Source of the DNA: Amoeboradix gromovi X-113
Taxonomy: Eukaryota > Fungi > Sanchytriomycota
NCBI GenBank assembly: GCA_018985225.1
Contig: JADGIF010000213.1
Location: 1 to 14,308, forward strand
Length of the DNA stretch: 14,308 nucleotides
Direction: 5' to 3'
In this document: positions 1-7,740 of the stretch, in pieces
How positions within the stretch are numbered: the stretch's first letter is position 1
Layout of the letters: each line of letters starts with the position of its first letter
Made by a program: the position numbers and the translations under genes
Notes under the pieces: generated by a model
What the model was told of the DNA's origin: nothing
What the model saw: the letters and a program-made list of their open reading frames with translations, nothing else
The model's database searches: none

Positions 1-419
1 AGTTGATTGGTAAATATTTATTTATTTTTTCGTCTAATCATGATAATTAATTAATTCCAATAAAATTAAAAGCTGATGTTGTTAGTGTCTCAAATATGAA
101 AAGTTAGGAGAATCTCTCCTTAATATATTCGACTTAAAGGGTTTATAATTTCAATTAAGCAAGTGTCTTTTTGGCGATAACTATGCTTTAGAAAGGGTTT
201 CTAAGAGGCAAAAAAAGTACTCAGTTTGAGTGCCATAAATCAGCACAGGGACTCAACTTTACTATTGCGACCTGGATTAGTGTGCTGGCATAATCTTGAA
301 CTTCTACTAGATTCTCTAGTATTCTATCATTTTTGGCCAACTATGGTATCAAATAGCGTTTTTATGGCGTGCTGCAACTCATGCAGTATTGGATAAAAAA
401 GATAACACGGGGTATGATG

Positions 420-1514
420 ATGCAGCTTTTACATTCAATTTTGTTTGCTAAAATTATTGTTCCAACAGGGCTTCTAGATGATCTAACTCTTGCTGTTGAA
501 ATAGCGGGACCTGATATCCTAGCGCAATGCTTTAAAGACGCCAAGCTAAATGACTGTCATACTAACAATCTACCTTATGAATTAGTCGCAGCTGTTGAAA
601 ATGCTGGCAAGATCTTTAAATCGGTTTTATATTCTAGAGACTCAAAGGTAACTCCTGAAGCGTTTAAAAGACTACAGTCAATACAAAATTATTTTTTTGA
701 TGAAGATCTAAATTGTCCGCTGGATTTTAACGCAGCGCTTACTTGTCATAACCTATTGAAAAGAAATATAATATCTAACGATGAAAAACCCGATCCAACC
801 TCTGGACTGAGTTATATTGAGGAGGCCTTCGAAATGGGCACAGGGACCAGTGGAGAGGCTGGAGTGATCCCGGACAATCAACCAAAAAATTTGAGAGGAA
901 AAAAAAGAATGAAAGGAATTAGAGTAGCAACGAGTGGATGCAAAAGTGTTTTATTATTTGTTGGAATACTGGTTCTTCTTGGAAGTATTGGTGGGATAGC
1001 CTTTGGAAGCTATGAAATCGCTCAAAGGCAAAACCCTGTGGACATTGCTGAAGATGTCTTATTAACCCATTGCAATTGGGATTATTCTTGTAACGCTGGT
1101 GTGAACCTTCCGAAAACCAGGACGAATACTTATTGGATTTCCGTGTCTACTTGTCAAATTCCGTATCAGTGCTCTAACCCTAGTTACGATAGTTTTGGCA
1201 ACCGTTACTATTCAACATGTTACACACCGGGCTGTTATGTCCCTCAACAGAAAACAGACGTTATCACAATTAAATACGTGGATAGAATCACTGGCAAAGT
1301 ACTTGAAGATGCACTAAACAATGAAATTGGATTGGGATTGTGTCGTGTTTATAACCTAGGGGATGAAAAGGATCCTAATGTATGTAGAGGTTATGAAAGA
1401 ACTGCACAACGCTTGAAGAAAAAGAGAGACCGGTGGTGGGGACTAGTTGCTCCTTCGATACTTTTATTCTTTGTAGGCATTGGAATAGTGGTTGCTGGTA
1501 GCTGCGCCACCTGA
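420..1514 (+). CDS. Cys-rich two-hydrophobic-helix family protein, copy 1 (putative secreted/processed effector, function unknown)
   Basis: Long ORF. ATG at 420 (MQLLHSILFAKIIVPTGLLDDL) is exactly collinear with the start of copy 2 (MLVLLATFLSEIAIPNGLLQDL), so it is preferred over the GTG at 369. Contains TCHNLLKR dibasic site, hydrophobic VLLFVGILVLLGSIGGIAFG, a Cys-rich domain and C-terminal WWGLVAPSILLFFVGIGIVVAGSC. Confidence 0.85.
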   Translation: MQLLHSILFAKIIVPTGLLDDLTLAVEIAGPDILAQCFKDAKLNDCHTNNLPYELVAAVENAGKIFKSVLYSRDSKVTPEAFKRLQSIQNYFFDEDLNCPLDFNAALTCHNLLKRNIISNDEKPDPTSGLSYIEEAFEMGTGTSGEAGVIPDNQPKNLRGKKRMKGIRVATSGCKSVLLFVGILVLLGSIGGIAFGSYEIAQRQNPVDIAEDVLLTHCNWDYSCNAGVNLPKTRTNTYWISVSTCQIPYQCSNPSYDSFGNRYYSTCYTPGCYVPQQKTDVITIKYVDRITGKVLEDALNNEIGLGLCRVYNLGDEKDPNVCRGYERTAQRLKKKRDRWWGLVAPSILLFFVGIGIVVAGSCAT

Positions 1515-1707
1515 AAGTAAATAAATTTAGTTTATTGGATTATTGTACCATTTTGCTATGGCATCAGACTGGATGTTGAATATTTTTATATTGTCCCATA
1601 ATTCTGTGATTATGATGCGAGAAATTCTTCAATAATCATGTGCTTGTTTCCAATCGCGCAAACTAATGGCTTTGAGCTTATAAATAGATCCAGTAGAAAG
1701 AAGGCAC

Positions 1708-2709
1708 ATGTTAGTGTTGCTAGCTACATTTTTATCAGAAATCGCAATTCCTAATGGGTTGTTGCAGGATCTCTCTTTGGCTGTTGAAATGGCTGGTCCG
1801 GATAAGTTACTGCAATGCGCAAGAGATGAAAATCTGGACCACTGCGAAATTCAAGGCTTGAAACACGATTCAATTGAAGCTATTAAAACAACTGCCGCTA
1901 TTTTAAGATACTATCAAGATAATGATGGATTGACAGCTACTCCAGATACATTAAGAACCGTAGTTCAAATAAAAAGACAATTGGTAGACAATAATGTCAA
2001 TGCTGGTAAATGTCCAATGACATACAGTCAGGCTTTTACTTGTCCTCGATTGAAGAAAAGAAAACTTTATGATGTGGAATCGTATCAGTCAATGGATGTT
2101 CAAGGGCCAGAAGTGACAGTATACGATACCATAAGTACGAGGCGTACAAAAAACAGAGGTATCAGAACAGCCGGAAGCTCGTGCGGTAACGCTCTTATAT
2201 TTGTTGGAATAGTTGTACTTCTAGCAAGTATTGCGGGCATGTCTTTTGGGACTGTTAAAATCATATCTTATGATGATCCTATACAAAATGCACATGACAC
2301 ATTAAGATCTCACTGTAAATTTCGTTTTGGATGCAAGCCTGGAATTAACTTACCAGAAACTAAAACTACCCTTCAATGGTATCCTGGCTACTATAGTAAT
2401 CCATGTGGATCGGAAAACCCATGTTCTATTTGGATTCCTCCTCATCAAGAGGCCATTGTCACCCGTATCAAATACATTGATGAAACCACTGGCAAAGTGC
2501 TTGATCCTACCCTGGCTGATGAAATTGGTTTAGATCTATGTCATGTGTACAATGATGGGGATACTAATGATGTTCCGACATGTCTGAAATATGCCACCGT
2601 TGAAAACAATTTAAAAAGAAAGCAAAGGAAATGGTGGATATTAGTTGGACCATCTATCGCAGCAGCTGTTACAGGGATTGGAATGATATTTGGTGGTGCT
2701 TGCAGTTAA
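1708..2709 (+). CDS. Cys-rich two-hydrophobic-helix family protein, copy 2
   Basis: 333-aa ORF alignable by eye to copy 1 over its full length (LAVEMAGPD, TCPRLKKR, LIFVGIVVLLASIAGMSFG, GINLP, IKYIDETTGKVL, EIGLDLCHVYNDGD, RKWWILVGPS). AATAAA overlaps the stop. Confidence 0.9.
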   Translation: MLVLLATFLSEIAIPNGLLQDLSLAVEMAGPDKLLQCARDENLDHCEIQGLKHDSIEAIKTTAAILRYYQDNDGLTATPDTLRTVVQIKRQLVDNNVNAGKCPMTYSQAFTCPRLKKRKLYDVESYQSMDVQGPEVTVYDTISTRRTKNRGIRTAGSSCGNALIFVGIVVLLASIAGMSFGTVKIISYDDPIQNAHDTLRSHCKFRFGCKPGINLPETKTTLQWYPGYYSNPCGSENPCSIWIPPHQEAIVTRIKYIDETTGKVLDPTLADEIGLDLCHVYNDGDTNDVPTCLKYATVENNLKRKQRKWWILVGPSIAAAVTGIGMIFGGACS

Positions 2710-4084
2710 ATAAACCTTTTAACATCATTCTACAATAGCTATTCATACTGACATTTGATCCAGTCAGAATGACTCTAAACCTTTCAAGATATACATCCCT
2801 AAAACTGAATCTTTTTTAAGTAAAAATGACTCGAGCGTAGTGAATGCTGGAGGGTAATTGAAATAGACTTGTAAGATTTGTGTTTTAGACACATGCTCTC
2901 TATTTCCTTGGAGTCTCATTGGTCTTCCTCTTGTCTATTCCGTTATGTACGATACAGGATATTCCAATTTGTCAATTTCTAAAATTCATAATAAATATTT
3001 TGCATCTGAAATGTAATGAAATATTAGAGATTTGCTTCTGGAGAGAGATCGGTGTATGGAAATCAAATGTTTGACTGCTGTTTAGGCAGCAAAGGATAAG
3101 ACTACAAAACTTGTAGAAATAAGGAGAAACTTAAATTTGACATCTCATATGACGCATTTTATGAAATTGAACGGGCAATACTAGATTATGGACTGTGAGG
3201 TGTCATTCATAGCACTAAGGACAGAATGGCATATTTAAGTATGAAATAAAACATCCTGCTTGAAGATCTTATTACATTGAAAGAGACCCATAATCAGATT
3301 AGAGATGGGCTTACACAAAGTATTTGGACTTATTTGCAGAGATTTTGAGCCGGATAAGAGGGTTTCATTTTGGAAGACATAGTTCGTGATATTGTTGAGG
3401 AAAGGCACAAAATGATCCGTGTGGGTACTTTCCCCCATAACGATTTTTAGAGAATTTGGGGCACCACAAACCAAACGCAATTTGGCATTTGATTCAACTA
3501 GACTATGAAGTCGGCGTTATGGGTAAGAAAAGTAGTTTATTGCGCCGACAAGAAGAACATCTACAAGACAGACCACTCTATCTTGATGCTTCGTTACAAT
3601 TAATTGAAAGGTTGAAAAGTCCTCAATGTTAATGCTAAATGAAATTGATCCAGTGTTTGCCACATTAGTGCAAATTACCCTGTAATCCGGAGATATGGCA
3701 GTTATGCACATTTCAGTTTATTGGACATATTGAAGGATTTCCAAACATGGAACCAAAGATCTATGGCTGGTTTCAGAAAAGTATTTTGTAAGCGCCAGCA
3801 GCTGAGTTTGCTTGTTATGCCAAACTTCATAGCGAAATCCATTTGAGCTTTGTCATTCAAAATTCATCAGAAGACTATCAAAATGAAAACGTTGAGTTGC
3901 GATTTGGAATTCAAGTTTTAAATGAAAACAATGTAGTAAAAAGACCTTTGCGGTTAGCCTGTTTATGGTTTTGATGTGCCGAATTTGCAATTGCAATCTT
4001 GTGGCCAGATTCAAGTATTGTGTCACCCAATAATCATATGACTATCTCATATCATGAATTCAAGTGGCACTCACCCCTTTTCTC

Positions 4085-5080
4085 ATGAAGTGCGAGTTAT
4101 TGAATCTAATAGCATGTAGTAGCTTAGGCTCTGCGTTCCTTAATCCATCAGTAAGAGTTTCAAAATATCCTTGTGTAAGTCCTCAAGACAGTCATCGAAG
4201 AGTTGTACCTCAAGTCAAATGCGCAAGCATGGGATCCCAAAATCCTACAAGCGATGATAATTGTGGATGCTTAATAGATAAAACAGCCTTCGCAGATGTT
4301 GGAATCAATAATATAATTGATTATGATCATAGCTATCCTAAAAGTGTTCAGCCAAATGAAGCAACTTCTGCTTGTAATCGGTGTCTTCCCGATTTACCGC
4401 ACAGTCGTGAAGGAAGAATTACTAATCTAATCAAATTGATAATGAAGAATCATAAAATAAAAGACCTTGACCGTGTTGTCCGCCTGGCTCAGTTAATATT
4501 CGATTATAGACCTAATCCTAGAAATGTGCCCAACTATAAGACAAATAAAAGACACCTTTACCTGCTGGAAAAGATTATCTACGATGGAAAGATATTGGAT
4601 AGATATACTGGTACGTTGTATGAGCCGGGTAAAGAATATCGCAATCCAACGCTTTCTGTAGAACATCTTGTACCAGGATCTGTTGCAAACTTGAAAGCCA
4701 CAAAGAGTGATCTTCACAATCTGATACCAGTTGAACTGGAAGTAAACTTAGCAAGGAAATCCTTTCCTTTTGCAAAAGATAAAAGTGACAAAAGTGAGGT
4801 TGTAGGAAATGATCGGATGGTAATTAGGGATGAAATTAAGGGGTTCATAGCTAGAAGCGTATTGTATATCATTACCATGTATTATGAAGATTTAGTCGAT
4901 TTGGAGAGCTTTGGAATAGATAAAATTGGCGATATCAAAACATTTGTTAGATGGTGCGAAATGTATCCGCCAGACGAGAACGAAAAATTACGCAACAATT
5001 TAATCGAGGAAATTCAAATGAGCAGAAATCCCTTTATTGACAACCCTGAATTATGCAAGTTAGTGTTGGCTTTACAGTAA
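4085..5080 (+). CDS. Endonuclease I family (EndA/Vvn/Bsn-like His-Me finger) nuclease with N-terminal extension, possibly secreted
   Basis: Motifs SVEHLVP, SDLHNLIPVELEVNLARKSFPF, KGFIARSVLY, WCEMYPPDENEKLRNNLIEEIQMSRNPFIDNP match the Endonuclease_1 family pattern (EH-x-x-P; DLHNL-x-P...N..R; KG-x-IAR; W...P...E..RN...Q..RNPFID). First ATG is at 4085. Confidence 0.9.
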   Translation: MKCELLNLIACSSLGSAFLNPSVRVSKYPCVSPQDSHRRVVPQVKCASMGSQNPTSDDNCGCLIDKTAFADVGINNIIDYDHSYPKSVQPNEATSACNRCLPDLPHSREGRITNLIKLIMKNHKIKDLDRVVRLAQLIFDYRPNPRNVPNYKTNKRHLYLLEKIIYDGKILDRYTGTLYEPGKEYRNPTLSVEHLVPGSVANLKATKSDLHNLIPVELEVNLARKSFPFAKDKSDKSEVVGNDRMVIRDEIKGFIARSVLYIITMYYEDLVDLESFGIDKIGDIKTFVRWCEMYPPDENEKLRNNLIEEIQMSRNPFIDNPELCKLVLALQ

Positions 5081-5652
5081 ATCATTATGGATTTTACAGC
5101 CTTTGTATCGTGTTAGTAAATAATTTATGTACAAGTTCGATTTATTTCATCTTTCCAATAATAACTATCTTAAAATGAACCAAGATGGATGGTTAAAAGT
5201 TTGGCGGCATTGCTAGACCTGTACTATTACATACATTTTGCTCAATTAAATTTTTCTTCAATGCTAGTCTAAACACACGTCTACGTTAAATGTGAAGAAT
5301 TCGAAAATCATCAAGATTTCAAACCCCACACTTCTCAAGTGTAGACAACTTTGGGAGATACCATTTGAGCATGTTCTTGCCTACATTATTTTGAAGTACC
5401 TGGATTGATATCTCTATGGTCTTGGTGACCGCATTGCTGACAATTGACGCAAAGATTGCAGCTACTACAAGTGTTGGACACATCATATTATTTTGAATGG
5501 TCGCAACTCTAATGAACTTTGAGTTCTTTTCATTTCCGCATATTCTGATGCGATAAAATTGCTCCAAGTCGTAGATGTGCAAAGTGTTGAATGGTGACAA
5601 AATACCAGTACCAATACAAAGAAGTCCTATGATATTGAGAGTTGTTTATTTT

Positions 5653-5805
5653 TTGTCTTTTTCATTTTCACGCCAACGGTTTCTCCTAGTATTAACTCGT
5701 TAAAAGTCCTGATTTCCGAGAAAATCGAGAATTCCCACAGAGAAACTAGCAGTGCTAGATGCTCCGTTACAGTGATTGCTCACGCTTTCACTACCCTGAG
5801 GCGGG
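5653..5805 (-). ncRNA. Putative omegaRNA (scaffold + 3' guide) of the TnpB/Fanzor remnant
   Basis: Lies directly 3' of the RuvC-III motif and overlaps the ORF tail. Minus-strand nested pairings: GTGA-GCAA-TCAC (5772-5783), AACGG/CCGTT (5764-5768/5675-5679), CTAGC-ACT-GCTAG (5746-5758), TTTCTC/GAGAAA (5740-5745/5680-5685), GATTTT-CTCG-GAAATC (5711-5726). Boundaries are approximate. Confidence 0.55.
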
Positions 5806-5948
5806 ATTAAATAAGGATGTATATACTTGATGTATATGTTCCTTGCTGTCATATGATCTCTATCTGTCTTCAAATGACACTTTGTACAGGTTCAGGTTTC
5901 TAAATTAGTTTTCTTTAGAGTCCCACACCTTGTACATAGCATCGAATT
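5700..5948 (-). mobile_element. TnpB/Fanzor2-like nuclease C-terminal remnant (Zn ribbon + RuvC-III), truncated and interrupted
   Basis: Manual minus-strand translation: NSMLCTRCGTLKKTNLET*TCTKCHLKTDRDHMTARNIYIKYIHPYLIPPQG...DF*. CxxC-x12-CxxC followed by DRDxxxARNI is the TnpB/Fanzor C-terminal signature. In-frame TGA at 5892-5894. No RuvC-I/II is visible upstream. Confidence 0.85.
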
Positions 5949-5949
5949 T

Positions 5950-6016
5950 GTTCCTTGGTGCCATGTGGTCCTTGTCCACTTCCAGAGTGCCACATATTGT
6001 ACATGGCATCAAATTT
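5950..6016 (-). repeat. Second, internally deleted TnpB/Fanzor C-terminal fragment in tandem
   Basis: Translates NLMPCTICGTLEVDKDHMAPRN. Its first 33 nt match the start of the neighbouring fragment at 28/33 positions (aaatttgatgccatgtacaatatgtggcactct vs aaattcgatgctatgtacaaggtgtgggactct). Confidence 0.75.
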
Positions 6017-6192
6017 CCGTGTTTGGATCAGCTTATCAGTCTGAGACGAATGTATGCTGTATCCGCTAGTTATTTCTTTAGAATTGATTTACCACTTTTG
6101 AAAAGGAAAAATATCGAGTGTTTAAGCTATTAGAAAAATCTGGAAAAGTCTTGAAATTATACAAAAATGCATACAAATTCGCGATAAATGAT

Positions 6193-7126
6193 TTATTCAA
6201 GAAAACAATCGAGCTGTTCCCCTGAAATGTTTTCTACAGAACAGTCTCCAACTTCTATTCGAGCAGCCAATTCTTTATTGTATGGATGTCCTGTATGCCC
6301 ATTTAACACTTCTACTGGAACTTCAACTACCCTTGGAACCTAAATACAGCAACCTTCAACATATTTGCACTTCTTACCCTGTTTGTTGCACTTTTCGACA
6401 CGACATGAACATACGAATTTATAACCAGTTACTGGTTTTACTGTTGGATAGCTGTATCCTCCGGGCATATGTGCCGGAATTTACAAATTCCTAAGGACTT
6501 TTTTGCGTTCTGCTTATTATGCTCTGAATATTTCCATGAATTAACAGCAACAAAAGCACCATATAAGCTTCCGCTAGCCGAAAAAATAGCTAGTATATCT
6601 ACAACTTTCCACGTTTTAGGTAGACCATGCTATATTCTTATAGGAGACTTCAACATGATCGGTAACCTACCATTATTGGACAACTGAGAAACAAATTCAG
6701 GATTAAGTACAATCTCAAGATCTTCACGTGTTGCTCCAAGGTTCTTTTGTCTTTACTCAATCTGCTGCGCTTCTGTATAATTAAGCCGTGATCAGTGTCT
6801 TGTTTTACGTTTTGAAGAATAGCGTTCGCTTTCTCTCAGTTTCATGATTTCACCTGGGCAATATAAATTCACATCAGATTTAATTCGGCTATTGCACAGA
6901 ATAGATTTAGCAAATTCTAGAAATTCATGTAAAATTCTTTTATCACTTGGATTTAGTGCGGCAATATTGACAGATTCCAAACACTCTTCAGAAATGCATC
7001 CAGAACATCAGACTTAGCAACTTTGTCCAGCACTTTAGTAACAGTGTCATAAAGTTTATTCTTCAAGCGCAAATTACTCTCAAATTCAAGCAAGGCTCTG
7101 GCTGCCTCTTCTTCTTTTTCTGACAT
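6193..7126 (-). pseudogene. Decayed, divergent copy of the Cys-rich two-helix family
   Basis: Manual translation gives WKVVDILAIFSASGSLYGAFVAV (helix 1), QNAKKSLGICKFRHIC (cf. copy 2 QNAHDTLRSHCKFRFGC), then after a frameshift near 6462 GYSYPTVKPVTGYKFVCSCRVEKCNKQGKKCKYVEGCCI*VPRVVEVPVEVLNGHTGHPYNKELAARIEVGDCSVEN (cf. copy 3 CFEEECNNQNGEQICSEVPGCFWWEPR...NPITG...L...I..GICDIHN). Stops at 6340-6342, 6630-6632, 6753-6755 and 6792-6794. The 5' boundary is uncertain. Confidence 0.7.
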
Positions 7127-7740
7127 TGGCTCCTAACCATCAGATTTCAAATACCTTTTGAAAGTATCAGTGCCTCCAGAGCAACAGCCCTTTGAAAGCA
7201 GCCCAGGATCTTCAGATGCGTGTAAAAGCTTCTCAAATGTTGAAAACATGTTTTTGTGGCAGTTATATTCACGTAATCATCAATACTTTCTGTCAACAGT
7301 TGTGATTGTCGCTCAGAAAACGCCGGTTTATAAAGTACCCGTCATTATTGGCCTCAGAGCTATGTTTCTCCTCTGGACTTTGGAAGATGCATATGGCACA
7401 ACGAAAAACATTATCATGGAGCGTGACCTGGGGTGCAAAGGTATCACACATGTACTAATCCCATGGTTTCAGATAAGTCCCTTGTTCGCAAATTGCCATA
7501 AATAGTTTTTCATGAGTGTATTGCAGGACAGGATTTGTAACGGTCTATTAATGAGTAGTCGAAAGGTAGTCCGGAGATGAAGTAGAAGATTAAAGTTCTT
7601 CCTGCATTGGCTGCAAGATGCAAGAAGCCGAGTGATATTATCGTTTTAAATGAATATATTTTAGCCGTGGGAGATAGGAGTCCTAAGCTGGAGTATCGAT
7701 AATAAGAATCATACTACGACAGGTCTCCTCACGAAACTGA

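Noticed and set aside
218-292. Short inverted repeats (ACTCA/TGAGT; CAGCACA/TGTGCTG) upstream of copy 1
   Set aside because: Only 5-7 bp, compatible with chance, with no RNA-gene or TIR/TSD signature.
5930-6687. Short plus-strand ORFs 5930-6133, 6282-6494, 6469-6687
   Set aside because: Antisense shadows of the Fanzor fragments and the minus-strand pseudogene.
5892-6794. Alternative genetic code (stop reassignment) as an explanation for the in-frame stops
   Set aside because: TGA, TAG and TAA all occur along with frameshifts, while intact genes have no internal stops and end in TAA/TGA. Pseudogenisation is the simpler explanation.
6020-7126. N-terminal part (RuvC-I/II) of the Fanzor or a transposase upstream of the remnant
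   Set aside because: No RuvC-I/II-like motifs found by manual translation. The region instead aligns with the Cys-rich family.
7158-7505. 115-aa plus-strand ORF
   Set aside because: TTG start in a eukaryote and no recognisable motifs; unsupported.
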